A DNA stretch of 64,000 bases, taken from contig CAMBPQ010000003.1 in assembly GCA_945869735.1 (NCBI GenBank), positions 4,076-68,075 on the forward strand, written 5' to 3'. The translations under genes and the position numbers were made by a program. The stretch is from Planctomicrobium piriforme. Its GTDB lineage: Bacteria > Planctomycetota > Planctomycetia > Pirellulales > UBA1268. Of the stretch, positions 1 through 9,883 are shown in pieces (the first letter of the stretch is position 1; each line of letters starts with the position of its first letter). The notes beneath the pieces are model-generated. The model was not told where the DNA came from, ran no database searches, and worked only from the letters and a program-made list of their open reading frames with translations.

Positions 1-2
1 TC

Positions 3-758
3 GAGGAGTATTTCGGCAAGCCGCTCGCCCCCTGCCATCCGGCCGACGTCCACGGCTTCGACGACCACATCGGCTGGTTTCCGCAGGGCGACGGGAAGTT
101 CTTCTACGGCTTCAATATCGAGAACGGCCGAATCCACGACAGGGGCGACTTCCGGCTGAAGACGGCCCTCCGGCGGATCCTCCGCGACATCAAGCCCGGT
201 GCACGGATCACGGCCCACCAGAGCCTGCTTTTTACCGACCTCGGCATCACCGACCGGGAGCGGATCGCGGAGATCCTCCACGCCCACGGTGTAAAGACCT
301 CCGAGGAGATCAGCACCATCCGTCGCTGGAGCATGGCCTGCGTTGCCCTCCCGACCTGTGGGCTCGCGGTCGCCGAGAGCGAGCGGGTGTTACCCGGTCT
401 GATCGACACGCTCGAACCGGAAGTGGCGAAACTCGGCCTCTCCCACGAGGCCTTCACGCTGCGAATGACGGGCTGCCCCAACGCCTGCGCCCGCCCCTAC
501 AACTCCGACATCGGCATCGTGGGCCGCACGCTCGGGAAGTACACGATCTTCCTGGGCGGCCGGCTGCTCGGCGACCGGCTCAACGAGCAGTACAAAGACG
601 TCGTGCCGTTTGAGGATCTCGCCCGCGAAATCACGGCCGTGCTCGCCTGCTACAAGGCGGAGCGGCAGGCGAGCGAGACGCTCGGCGACTTCTGCCACCG
701 CAAGGGCATCGAGGGCGTCCGCACGTGGGCCGACGCGTGGCTCTCCAGTGGCGGCTGA
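3..758 (+). CDS. cysI: Sulfite reductase hemoprotein (CysI/Sir family), C-terminal part; 5' end lies outside the window
   Basis: The frame is open from nt 3. The translation EEYFGKPLAPCHPADVHGFDDHIGW...RRWSMACVALPTCGLA...MTGCPNACARPY carries the siroheme/4Fe-4S Cys motifs (PTCG, TGCPNxCA). Stop at 756-758. Confidence 0.8.
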   Translation, partial: EEYFGKPLAPCHPADVHGFDDHIGWFPQGDGKFFYGFNIENGRIHDRGDFRLKTALRRILRDIKPGARITAHQSLLFTDLGITDRERIAEILHAHGVKTSEEISTIRRWSMACVALPTCGLAVAESERVLPGLIDTLEPEVAKLGLSHEAFTLRMTGCPNACARPYNSDIGIVGRTLGKYTIFLGGRLLGDRLNEQYKDVVPFEDLAREITAVLACYKAERQASETLGDFCHRKGIEGVRTWADAWLSSGG

Positions 759-836
759 CGCCGCAAATCGCGTCAGGAAGCCCGAACCGCGAGCGCGGGA
801 AAGACGCCCGCCACCCCGTCTCGCGTCGCCACGCCA

Positions 837-2102
837 TCACGCCGGCAGGTCGTCCCACATCGGGCACCAGAGAGGCGTTCGCGGAAAGAGCTGCGAAGCG
901 AGTTTCTGTGCGACCTGCGTCGAGGACTCGAGCTTACCGGCCGCGGCCGCCTCGGCTGGATCGCACTGGCCGAGGAGCAGCCGCGCCAGTTCGTCGTCGG
1001 AAAGCCGTAGGTAACTGCGGCCGACCCTGCCGGGCTGGACCGTGGCCTGCCGCTCGGCCCCCTTGGCCTCGGCGACGATGACCGAGCCGCGGAACGATGG
1101 CGCGTCGAGCCCGAGTTCCAACGTCTCGCGGACGTCGGATTCGGCCACCCGGGCCGCGACGGCGGGCAACAATGACGTGAGCAGGTCGAGCGGTCTGAAA
1201 ACCTTGGCGACAAGCATGCGGTCGCCCCCCTGCACGAGGCTGCCATCGCCGGCCACCGCCTCGTGGAGCGGGTCGGAGGCGCTCGACTCGTAGACGATCT
1301 CCTGGCGATCGTTTTCGATGGCCTCGGCACAGACCCGGGCGAGGAGGTCCCGCTCCAAGCCCGCAAACTCGGGATCGGCCATGAGTTCGAGCACCCGGTT
1401 GCCCGACTGGATCGCATATCCCACGATCCGCGCGCTGCTCTCGTGGAGCTCGTAGCGATCTTGGCCAACAAGGGCCACGATGATCGAGTCGAACGCCCCG
1501 CGGCTCACGAGCCAGCGACAGTAGTTCTCACTACGGTCGAGCGGGCCGACGAACCGCGATGCATTCTGCTTGTAGATGCGAAGGATCGCCGGCAACTCGA
1601 CGTGCCGCCACTGCCGCATCGTCACCGGCTCGCCCACCCGCTGAGTCCCTTCGAGCAGCCGGGCCAGGATGTCCGTCGGGCGGCCGGGCGTGGCCGAGTC
1701 GCGGCCCAGCACGCTCCAGCCGATTTCATGGAACGACGGCGCGATCCGCGTGCGCGAAAAGGCGACCACCGCACCCGACTGTCGCATGCGGTCTTCCGCC
1801 GCGCGGACAAGCCGCTGGCCGTGTCCGGCGCCGCGACACTCGGGCAGCACGGCGACGCGGTCGATGATCGCGCCACGCACCGACGCCGTCCCAACGAGCA
1901 GGTCGCGGGGGATGATTTCGGCATGGCCGACGATGCGGCCGGCGAGCCGGGCGACGAGACGGTTGGCTGAGTCGTGCTCCGGATGGTCGACGGCCGCATG
2001 AAACTCGGCCCGCGAGGGGGGTGTCGGCAGACCCGAGAGCAGCTGGAGAATCTCGCTCTGATCGCCCGCTCGGGCGGGCGCGACATGGCACTCCTCGAGC
2101 AT
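837..2102 (-). CDS. GNAT family N-acetyltransferase with an extended C-terminal domain (Eis-like architecture)
   Basis: Acetyl-CoA-binding-like segment AIIDRVAVLPECRGAGHGQRLV. The start is set at the internal Met (MLEECHV, nt 2102). The ORF stays open up to 2582, so the true start is uncertain (alternative Met at 2327). Confidence 0.65.
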   Translation of the reverse strand: MLEECHVAPARAGDQSEILQLLSGLPTPPSRAEFHAAVDHPEHDSANRLVARLAGRIVGHAEIIPRDLLVGTASVRGAIIDRVAVLPECRGAGHGQRLVRAAEDRMRQSGAVVAFSRTRIAPSFHEIGWSVLGRDSATPGRPTDILARLLEGTQRVGEPVTMRQWRHVELPAILRIYKQNASRFVGPLDRSENYCRWLVSRGAFDSIIVALVGQDRYELHESSARIVGYAIQSGNRVLELMADPEFAGLERDLLARVCAEAIENDRQEIVYESSASDPLHEAVAGDGSLVQGGDRMLVAKVFRPLDLLTSLLPAVAARVAESDVRETLELGLDAPSFRGSVIVAEAKGAERQATVQPGRVGRSYLRLSDDELARLLLGQCDPAEAAAAGKLESSTQVAQKLASQLFPRTPLWCPMWDDLPA

Positions 2103-2632
2103 CCACGCTGGGGGCTTGAGCGGGAGGATCGGGTGCTGCGGCAGGTGCTGGATGGCCGGCCTCTTCTCGAGGGGGCGGCGGCTCACGACCGTGCCGGACG
2201 GACGGATTTCCAGGGTCTCGACCGCTTCCGTCGGCCGCTCCGTCCGATCCTTCGCGATGGCTTTCGTAGAGGCCCGACGCTCAGTTCCTTCGGCGAGCTT
2301 CACGGCGGCGTTCACGACTACTGGCATGCTCGCAGCCTTGGGCTGCGCGGGACGCACCGCGGCGTCGGCTGACCGAACCGTGAGCTGCCTCTTTTTCTTT
2401 TTCCGCTGGGCCGTCACCGGGGTGCCACCCGACACCGGCCGCGTACGGGCCGTGGAACGGGACGCTGAACGAGGAGCCGGCCGATAGCCTGAAGAAGCCT
2501 GACGCGGCGAATGGCGCGGCGAAGACGAGCGGCCTTGGAAAACCGCAAGACGCTGTCTCGGGAAACAACCCACCCAATGCATGATGCCTCCTGTCCCTGG
2601 AGCAACTCGAAACCATTCCGTTGGCGATCAAT

Positions 2633-4303
2633 CTATGCCGGGTCGGGGTCGTTTTCCAGTAGCAAGAATGTTTTGAGCGCGTTTTCCTGAAAAAAACACC
2701 AGGGATAGTCGCGGGCGCGCAGCACTGTCCTGGCCTTCGCCGCATCCGACAGTTGCGTTGTTCGAGCCGCCACGTCGCGGCGGGCGGGGTCAATTCGTGC
2801 CGCAAGTCGCTCGTTGATCGCGCGAATCTCCCGGCAGCGACGCTTGGCAAGCGTGACCGTGGGGTGCGTGTCGATCCAGCGGTGTTTCGCCGCGATAAGT
2901 TCCCGCACCTCCGCCGGTTGCGCAGTCTGCGGTAGGAGGTGCCGCTCCGGATGAAACTCGATGTCACGGAGCATTGCCTTGACCGCCGCCAGTTCACCCG
3001 CGGGATTCCCGGCCTCGAATCCCGGAAACGCCTCCTCGAGCGGGAGCCGCAGCGTGCCCGACACGACGGCATGCCGCGGTGGATCAGAACCGATAAGCCG
3101 GCAGACGATGTCGTCGGTGATGGAGTCGTATGCCGCCCCCCCGATTCCATGCACGAATACATCGGCGACAAGGAGCCGCGACACGAGCGTCGTCACGATC
3201 GCCCGCGGCCGCAGCCGGATCGAATGCTCCTCCATCCGCGACAGCGCATCGACCCATTTCGACGGCGACGTATCGGCCACGATCGGCAGTTCGACGCGGA
3301 GCGTATCCATGTCGGAGAGCGCCAGCACCCCCGCAGTCGATGTGTTGGCAAACACCCGCCGCCGCCGCGGATCGTCTCGTGACCACATCCACCACGGCAA
3401 CTCGATCCATTCCCCCGAGGCGTCGTGCCGCACGACGAGGTCGGGCATGGGCCGGCCGCGGCCGCGGACCCGCCGCTCCCGACGGTAGGTGGACAGCGCC
3501 GCGTTGTAGGCCTCGTGCAACTGCCGTCCGTGCGCGAGTAGCCAACCCATGAAGACCATGACCGTCGGCAGGCGAACCATCTCGCTGACCGGCAACTCCA
3601 GGGTCTCGAGCCCGAGCCGCTCCTCGAGCATGTGACGGGCCTGCGCGATCCCGAGGCCGATGCGGTGACTTTCCCGCGCGCGGTCGACGGCCAGCGGCCA
3701 CCAGCGACGCAAGATCGGCTTGGGCACGAGCGGGGCAAGCAGGTCGCTCGCCCGCTGCCCAAACGATGCGAAGCAGTCGGTGTCGATGACCGGCCGCTCC
3801 TCCCACGCCATCTCGCCGTTGAAGACGTCGAAGGGTACATCCTCGATGTGTGCCGCCCGGGGTCCGCCGAGCGGCACCGGCACGCTCGTACGACCACAGC
3901 GGTCGGTGTCGACGACGAGGTTCAGCGCCGTCCCGCCGACCTGCCGGGCGTAGGCGTCGAGCGCCGAGTTCTTGAGCCACACGCCGGGATGGAAGAGGTC
4001 GGGCTGATGGCCGCCCATGATGATCGGCCTGGCAATCCAATCGGCGACGTCGGCCGGCCGGGTGACGTCGCGGTAGTGGCCCGTGTATTCGGCCGCCACC
4101 ATCAGCACCTCGCGCCGGGTCGCGGCCACAAGCTCCCAGAGCCGCATGTCGCCGATCCGCGCATCGAGGGCGGCTCGAAGGAGCCGGTTGTTGTCGACAA
4201 GGGCCTCGATCGAGCCGCTGCCGAGGCTCGGGGCCACGGGCGGATCGATAAGGCGGCCGCCGGAAGACTCGGGCGGAGAGTAGGTTCGACGCGACGGAGG
4301 CAT
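2633..4303 (-). CDS. Conserved hypothetical protein (~556 aa), with a weak BshC-like GxQPxLF motif
   Basis: Long ORF with coding-like composition. The start is chosen at MPPSRRTY (nt 4303), 53 nt downstream of the preceding gene's stop. The motif MGGHQPDLFHPGVWLKN loosely resembles the BshC signature. Confidence 0.5.
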   Translation of the reverse strand: MPPSRRTYSPPESSGGRLIDPPVAPSLGSGSIEALVDNNRLLRAALDARIGDMRLWELVAATRREVLMVAAEYTGHYRDVTRPADVADWIARPIIMGGHQPDLFHPGVWLKNSALDAYARQVGGTALNLVVDTDRCGRTSVPVPLGGPRAAHIEDVPFDVFNGEMAWEERPVIDTDCFASFGQRASDLLAPLVPKPILRRWWPLAVDRARESHRIGLGIAQARHMLEERLGLETLELPVSEMVRLPTVMVFMGWLLAHGRQLHEAYNAALSTYRRERRVRGRGRPMPDLVVRHDASGEWIELPWWMWSRDDPRRRRVFANTSTAGVLALSDMDTLRVELPIVADTSPSKWVDALSRMEEHSIRLRPRAIVTTLVSRLLVADVFVHGIGGAAYDSITDDIVCRLIGSDPPRHAVVSGTLRLPLEEAFPGFEAGNPAGELAAVKAMLRDIEFHPERHLLPQTAQPAEVRELIAAKHRWIDTHPTVTLAKRRCREIRAINERLAARIDPARRDVAARTTQLSDAAKARTVLRARDYPWCFFQENALKTFLLLENDPDPA

Positions 4304-4356
4304 TGCCGGCAACGGGGCCCTGGGACGGACGACGTTCTCGCCGGCGGACGAAAGCC

Positions 4357-5106
4357 TCAGGTCGAAGCGTCGCGGCCCGCGGCGGCCGCAGCAACCGTCG
4401 CTTCGGCCCGATCGAGGACGCAGCGATAGTAGGCCAGACGGGTCGCTGCGACGTCCAGAGCACCTCCGAAACTCCGCGCCAGGTCGAGGTAGACCAGGGG
4501 AACCGGGAGTTCGACGACGGCGAGGCCCGCGGCGGCGGCCTGCACCCACACCTCCAGCGGCATCGCATACCCGGTCTCGGTGACGTGGAGATGCTCGAGG
4601 GCGTGCCGCGAATACGCCTTGAACCCGCAGAAGGCGTCGGTCAGGTTGAGCCCGAGCCGGTTATTGATCTCGGCAGTGATCTCGGCATTGATTCTCCTCC
4701 GCGCCTCCGGAGGGGCGCTGTCCCCGGCAAATCGCCGCAGGTAGCGGCTCCCACTGACGATGTCTGCCGGCACGGCTCGATCGCTCGCGGCGACGATAAA
4801 GTCGGGAATCAGCCCCGGCTGGTGCTGGCCATCGCAGTCGATCGTCACAACTCCGTCCCAGGGGCCGGCGAGGGTCTCTCGGAAGGCCGTGGCCAGCGAG
4901 GCGCCGTAGCCGGCATTGAGGGCATGCCGTACCACGCGAACATCGCCGCGGCGGGCGACGCGGGCAGCGAGGAGCTCCGAGGTGCCGTCATTCGAGCCGT
5001 CATCGACCACGAGCACGTCGGGGGCGAACCGCAGCACCTCGTCGAGCACACCCTCGACATGGGCGGCCTCGTTGTAGACCGGCAAGGCAGTAAGAAACCG
5101 GGGCAT
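4357..5106 (-). CDS. Family 2 glycosyltransferase (dolichyl-phosphate mannose synthase-like)
   Basis: N-terminus LPVYNEAAHVEGVL...VVDDGSNDGT, and DxD-type TIDCDGQH. Confidence 0.85.
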   Translation of the reverse strand: MPRFLTALPVYNEAAHVEGVLDEVLRFAPDVLVVDDGSNDGTSELLAARVARRGDVRVVRHALNAGYGASLATAFRETLAGPWDGVVTIDCDGQHQPGLIPDFIVAASDRAVPADIVSGSRYLRRFAGDSAPPEARRRINAEITAEINNRLGLNLTDAFCGFKAYSRHALEHLHVTETGYAMPLEVWVQAAAAGLAVVELPVPLVYLDLARSFGGALDVAATRLAYYRCVLDRAEATVAAAAAGRDAST

Positions 5107-5196
5107 GCCACCGTCTCAAAAGGGCTTTATTGCCGGACAACGAACTTCCCAAGTGTAGCGCACGAAATGGCCGGAGCAACGCGCCGGCGGCCGCCC

Positions 5197-5985
5197 CTAC
5201 AACCAGCCCAGCGGATCACGCTCGTCGCGGCTGGCCCAGCAGGATAGCCCCACAACGGCTGCGGCGAGCCGCCCGGCGAGCACGTCCATCGAAAACCGTT
5301 CGCTGGCGTGGTGCCCGACGGCCACCACGGCCAGGCCAGCGGCCACGGCCTCGATCGCCTGATGGAGTTTGATCTCGCCGGTGACGAGTGTGTGGCAGCC
5401 ACTCTGGCGAACCTCCTCGAGGCAATCGCCCCCCGACCCACAGACGATTCCCACGCGGCCGGCCGCACGAGTGGCATTGCCGGCGAGCTGCACCCGCGAC
5501 ACCCCGAGCGCCTTCCCGGCCCGCGCCGCCACGTCGGCCACCGTGCAGTTTTCACCGGCAACGCCCGCGCGGCCAAACCCCACCTGCGAGAGATGGAGAT
5601 CGGGGCCGATCGGCGACACGTGGGCGAGTTCGAGCAGGTGGGCGAGTTGGTCGTTGATGCCGCCGGCCGCTGAATCCCAGGCGGTATGGCTGCTCCAGAT
5701 GCCGGCCCCCGCATGGATGAGATCGAGAACCGCGCGGCCGGGGCCGGTCGCAGTCGTGATCCGCTGCATGGGCCGAAACGGCAGCGGATGGTGGGAGACC
5801 ACCAGATCAGCCCCCTCCCGCACCGCCTCGGCCACCACCTCCGGGGTGAGCGTGAGGCAGGTCATCACCCGGTCGATTTGATCGCGGTGCGGGGCGACGA
5901 GCAGACCGACCGAGTCCCAGTCGGCGGCGAGCCGCAGGGGCGCGAGGTGCTCGAGGGCGGCGGTCACGACAGCGAGCGCAGGCAT
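5197..5985 (-). CDS. Nif3-like dinuclear metal centre protein (GTP cyclohydrolase 1 type 2 homologue)
   Basis: WDSVGLLV...VVSHHPLPFRP...WSSHTAWDSAAGGINDQLA are typical NIF3/YbgI motifs. Confidence 0.85.
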   Translation of the reverse strand: MPALAVVTAALEHLAPLRLAADWDSVGLLVAPHRDQIDRVMTCLTLTPEVVAEAVREGADLVVSHHPLPFRPMQRITTATGPGRAVLDLIHAGAGIWSSHTAWDSAAGGINDQLAHLLELAHVSPIGPDLHLSQVGFGRAGVAGENCTVADVAARAGKALGVSRVQLAGNATRAAGRVGIVCGSGGDCLEEVRQSGCHTLVTGEIKLHQAIEAVAAGLAVVAVGHHASERFSMDVLAGRLAAAVVGLSCWASRDERDPLGWL

Positions 5986-6055
5986 ACGAAGAAGATACTA
6001 TGGTGACTGGGCTATCGCGATCCCCGAACCCCCTGCCCGGACTCCCCTGCCCTTC

Positions 6056-6838
6056 ATGGACACATCCCGCCTCTCCGTGTCCGCCGCCGCGCTTTCGACG
6101 GATCTTCGCCGGGCCCTGCGGCTGGCCCGCGACCTGGGCATCCACGGCGTCGAACTCGACGCCAGAAGCGGACTCGATCCGGAGCAGATCACGCAGACCG
6201 GTTTGAGACAAATCCGCAAGTGGCTCGGTGACGAAGGTGTCGCTGTGTCGGCGGTCTCATTTCGCACGCGGGGCGGCTATGCCGACGGTGAGCGGCTCGA
6301 GGGCCGGATCGCCGCGACGAAGGCCGCCTTGAAACTGGCGCATGACCTGGGCGCCGGCATCGTGCTCAACCACGTGGGCGATATTCCTGCGGAGGCGGCA
6401 GGACCGCATTGGAATCTGCTCGTCGATGTGCTCACCGACATCGGCCACTTCGGGCAGCACATCGGCGCGACGCTCTGCGCCGAGGCAGGCCGGGCCGCGC
6501 CGGCCGATCTCGCCCGCCTCGTTGCGGCGCTCCCCGGCGGGTCGCTGACGTGCGACATCGTCACCGGTTCGCTCATCGTCCACAGTCACGATCCGGTCGC
6601 CGCAATCGAGGAGCTCGCGTCTCACGTCGCCGCCGTGCATGCGACCGACGCCGTGGCAGGAGCCTTCGCAGGCCGCGGTCGCGCGGTGATCCTCGGCACG
6701 GGCCAGGTCGATATTGCGACCGCGCTTGCGACCCTCGAGGAGAGCGGCTACCGCGGCTGGATCAGTTTGGAGCCGGTTGACGAGCGGGCTGGCCGGACGG
6801 AACTCGCCGCCGCGGTCGCCTACCTGGCAGCGCTCTGA
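6056..6838 (+). CDS. Sugar phosphate isomerase/epimerase (xylose isomerase-like TIM barrel)
   Basis: 260-aa ORF with the general pattern of AP-endonuclease-2/xylose-isomerase-like barrels (GIHGVELD...LNHVG...WISLEP). Confidence 0.65.
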   Translation: MDTSRLSVSAAALSTDLRRALRLARDLGIHGVELDARSGLDPEQITQTGLRQIRKWLGDEGVAVSAVSFRTRGGYADGERLEGRIAATKAALKLAHDLGAGIVLNHVGDIPAEAAGPHWNLLVDVLTDIGHFGQHIGATLCAEAGRAAPADLARLVAALPGGSLTCDIVTGSLIVHSHDPVAAIEELASHVAAVHATDAVAGAFAGRGRAVILGTGQVDIATALATLEESGYRGWISLEPVDERAGRTELAAAVAYLAAL

Positions 6839-6907
6839 TCGCCAGTTCGCGGCCGCAGGCTGGTCGTTGCTTTTGCCGCCGCCGGCCAGGGGATACGATC
6901 TCTTTCC

Positions 6908-7574
6908 TATGAAGCGCGGCGTATCGACAACGCGGGCCACCACGTGGGTCTGTCTCGCCGTCTCCTGTCTCGTCGCGTCAGGACTGCCCTTGCCGCTCGG
7001 TGGATCGACAGCCGGGGTCGGCGGCGGTCGGACGAACCCTGCCGCGGCGGCGCGGCTGGCCGGCAAGGATCGCTCGACGCCGTTCCCCTGCATGGACAAG
7101 GCCTGCGGCTGCGCCACCGCCGAGCAGTGCTTGAGCGACTGCTGCTGCAATACGCCCGCCGAGACGCTCGCCTGGGCCCGGGCCCATGACGTCGCCCCCG
7201 CGGTGCTCGCCAGCCTGACACGGCGCGCCGCCGTGAGCCTGCCCAAGGCTGCCGGCTCGTGCTGCAGTGCCGCGACACCGAGTTGCTGTGACGCCACGCC
7301 CGAGCCGTCGTGCTGCGACGTCGATCGGGGAGGCGAGGAGCCGGCCGGCATCCCCGACGTTCCCAGAGGCGGCGGCGTTCGGCGCATCGTGCTCCGCGCG
7401 ATGCTGGCTTGCGGCGGTGTCGCCGACGAGTGGTCTTCGGGTGGCCTCTCGCTGCCGCCCTCGCCCGTGACTTCCGTTTTCAGGCCCAGACCGACGGCGA
7501 CGATCACAAGCGGCGACGATTTGCCCCAGTCCCTCTCCCACGCTCCCGACGCGCCGCCCCCAAGGGCGGCCTGA
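6908..7574 (+). CDS. Secreted or membrane-anchored cysteine-rich hypothetical protein
   Basis: Start at MKRGVSTTRATTWVCLAVSCLVASG (hydrophobic signal/anchor). Cys clusters: PCMDKACGCATAEQCLSDCCCNTP, GSCCSAATPSCCDATPEPSCCD. Confidence 0.5.
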
Positions 7575-7710
7575 GCCGGCGTTTCTCTCCAGCCGTCAGC
7601 GGCGCCGCGCCTGCGCGAGCGGGTGCGCCGCCGCCATGCCGTCGGTTGCCGCCGCGCGCAGCGTGTGCGCGGTCGTCCGCTGCGTGCCCACGCCTTTCGG
7701 GAGCCACTTC

Positions 7711-8850
7711 ATGCCCATCCCTGCCGCGGGGCCGGCGGCCCGCAGCCGCCGCCTTCTGCCTCATCATGGTTTTACGCTCGTCGAACTGCTCGTCGTGATT
7801 GCGATCATCGCCGTGCTCATCGGCCTGCTCCTGCCGGCGGTGCAGAGTGCCCGCGAGTCGGCCCGCCGCATCGCCTGCGTGAGCAACCTCCGCCAGTTCG
7901 GCCTCGCGATGCTCATCCACGAGAGCGCCAAGCGGGCCTTTCCGCCGACCGATGCCCGTGGGAGCGGCAGCCTCAGTGGCACTGCGACGGGCGGCTGGTC
8001 GCTGCATGCCCGCCTGCTACCGTACGTCGAAGAGACGTCGCTGGCCGCGGGATTCGACTTCAAACGAGCCGCGTTCACCGGTTCCTTCAGCAATCAACAG
8101 CCCACGCCGGCGTTCGCCTCGCTGTTCGCGACGCCGATCCCGCTGCTCTTGTGTCCAAGCGACATGGCACCTGCGGTCAACCTCTGTAACGGCTTCCCTT
8201 ACGGCGGCAACAACTACATGGTCAGCATCGGCAGCGGCACGGCGAACGGGCAGGGAAGCTTCTACTGGAATTTCTCGCGGCCGACCGACGGCATCGTCTA
8301 CGAGAACTCCCGGGTGCGAATGGCACAGATCACCGATGGCGCTTCGAAGACGGTCCTCGCCAGCGAGGCGGTGCGGAGCGTCGGTGGCGACTCTGACTTC
8401 CCGGCGGGCTCCCGGCCGCCGGTTCCGTTTCAATACACGTTCAACGGCTCGAACGACTTCAACTCCGGTAACGTGTCCCTCAAAGCCAACGCGTCGGCGC
8501 CGACGACCGCCGAGATCGACGCCTTGGTCGCCGCGTGGGCCACACGCACCTCCTCGGCCTACACCTGGCGGGGTGCCAGCAGCACCGGGATGCGCGGCCG
8601 GGGCGTGTCCTGGGCCGCGACCACACAGGGAAACAGCCTGACCAACGGCTTCCTGACCCCCAATAGCCCGATCCCCGACTACGTCGTGCACTGGTCGGGG
8701 TTCTTCGGGCCGAAGAGCTGGCATCGCGGCGGCGCCAACGTGCTGTTCGCCGACGGCCACGTCGCCACTCTGGCCGAAGACACCGACCCCGGCCTTCACC
8801 GCGGCCTCCACAGCATCGCGGGAGGCGAGACGACATCGAGCGGTTTCTGA
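7711..8850 (+). CDS. DUF1559 domain protein with a prepilin-type N-terminal cleavage/methylation segment
   Basis: GFTLVELLVVIAIIAVLIGLLLPAVQSARESARRIACVSNLRQ, with C-terminal HRGGANVLFADGHV. This is the hallmark Planctomycetota family. The start is placed at the internal Met 7711; the ORF is open from 7636. Confidence 0.85.
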   Translation: MPIPAAGPAARSRRLLPHHGFTLVELLVVIAIIAVLIGLLLPAVQSARESARRIACVSNLRQFGLAMLIHESAKRAFPPTDARGSGSLSGTATGGWSLHARLLPYVEETSLAAGFDFKRAAFTGSFSNQQPTPAFASLFATPIPLLLCPSDMAPAVNLCNGFPYGGNNYMVSIGSGTANGQGSFYWNFSRPTDGIVYENSRVRMAQITDGASKTVLASEAVRSVGGDSDFPAGSRPPVPFQYTFNGSNDFNSGNVSLKANASAPTTAEIDALVAAWATRTSSAYTWRGASSTGMRGRGVSWAATTQGNSLTNGFLTPNSPIPDYVVHWSGFFGPKSWHRGGANVLFADGHVATLAEDTDPGLHRGLHSIAGGETTSSGF

Positions 8851-8884
8851 TCCATTTCCTCACCCCTCCCGGAGAGATTCCACC

Positions 8885-9682
8885 ATGAAGATTCCACTGT
8901 GTGGCGCGGCGACCGTGGCCGTGGCGTGCGCCGCGGCGGTCTCGCAGGCCCACGACACCTGGGTGCAGACCGCCACGACCGTGGCCCGCACCGCTGATGT
9001 CGTGCATGTCGATCTCGTGCTCGGTAACCACGGCAATGATCACCGGGATTTCAAGATCGCCGGGAAAATCGGTTCGCTCGACGGCGCGACGCTCGCCGTG
9101 CTCGGGCCCGACGGGTCGTCCACCGACCTGGTGCCGGCGCTCGTCGATCTCGGCTTCGCCCCGAAGGAGGGCTACTGGTCGGCGCGGTTCGTGACCGCCC
9201 GTGAAGGACTGCACTGCGTGGCCCACGCCCGGTCAGGTATTCGCCACAGGGCCATGGGATTCAAGGGGGGCAAGGCCTGGTTCCTCGCGGCCGACGCGCT
9301 CGATACGCCACCGCAGCCGACCGCGGAGTTCACGAAACCGTTGGGACACCCGCTGGAACTGGTCCCCGAAACGCATCCCGTGCTCGGCACCGGCCCCGGT
9401 AAGCCCATCGCGGTGCGGCTGCTCTTCAAAGGCGAGCCGCTCGCCGACCACCGTGTGTCGTTCATCCCACGGGGCACGACGCTCGCGGCGGGCTTTGATC
9501 CCACCTACGAGCGAATGACCGACGCCGAGGGCCGCTGCCGCTACACGCCGAACGAAGGCACGTTTGTCCTCGTCGTCACCCATCTCGAGAAACCAGACGA
9601 GAAGGGTGAGGGCTTCGACAAAACGGTCTACGCCGCCACGCTGGTCCTCAACGTGCCCCAGCGATGTGCCTGCTGCGACTAA
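8885..9682 (+). CDS. DUF4198 (NikM-like periplasmic metal-uptake component) family protein
   Basis: Signal peptide followed by AHDTWVQ. Family-like blocks PLELVPE and GKPIAVRLLFKGEPL. Unusual C-terminal CACCD. Confidence 0.7.
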   Translation: MKIPLCGAATVAVACAAAVSQAHDTWVQTATTVARTADVVHVDLVLGNHGNDHRDFKIAGKIGSLDGATLAVLGPDGSSTDLVPALVDLGFAPKEGYWSARFVTAREGLHCVAHARSGIRHRAMGFKGGKAWFLAADALDTPPQPTAEFTKPLGHPLELVPETHPVLGTGPGKPIAVRLLFKGEPLADHRVSFIPRGTTLAAGFDPTYERMTDAEGRCRYTPNEGTFVLVVTHLEKPDEKGEGFDKTVYAATLVLNVPQRCACCD

Positions 9683-9690
9683 CCCACTCA

Positions 9691-9848
9691 AGCGCGTTCG
9701 ACTTTGGTGGATCGCCGGCTCGGGGGCGGCAAAAGTCTCGTCGCCAGGGCCAGGATACGCCCAAGGTTCCTCGAGCGTTCGCCGACCCCCTCGCCTCCTG
9801 TCAGGAAGCCCCGGAGCGCAAGCGCGGGGAATGCGGGTAGCACCCACC
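9691..9848 (-). repeat. Family A element, partial copy A1 (~107 bp), fused to a family B unit (9797-9848)
   Basis: TTCGACTTTGGTGGATCGCCGGCTCGGGGGCGGCAAAAGTCTCGTCGCC...CTCGAGCGTTCGCCGACCCCCTCGCC aligns by eye with the reverse complement of 38905-39060. It is followed by TGTCAGGAAGCCCCGGAGCGCAAGCGCGGGGAAT. Confidence 0.75.
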
Positions 9849-9883
9849 TCGGATCACGTGCAAGCCATCTATCGCACCTCGGC

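Noticed and set aside
2103-2582. Possible N-terminal extension or separate small basic protein upstream of the GNAT gene (includes a KKKKR run)
   Set aside because: It is in frame with the GNAT ORF but has no recognisable domain, is Arg/Ala/Pro-rich, and the GNAT fold starts right after Met 2102. It is recorded as start-site uncertainty rather than a feature.
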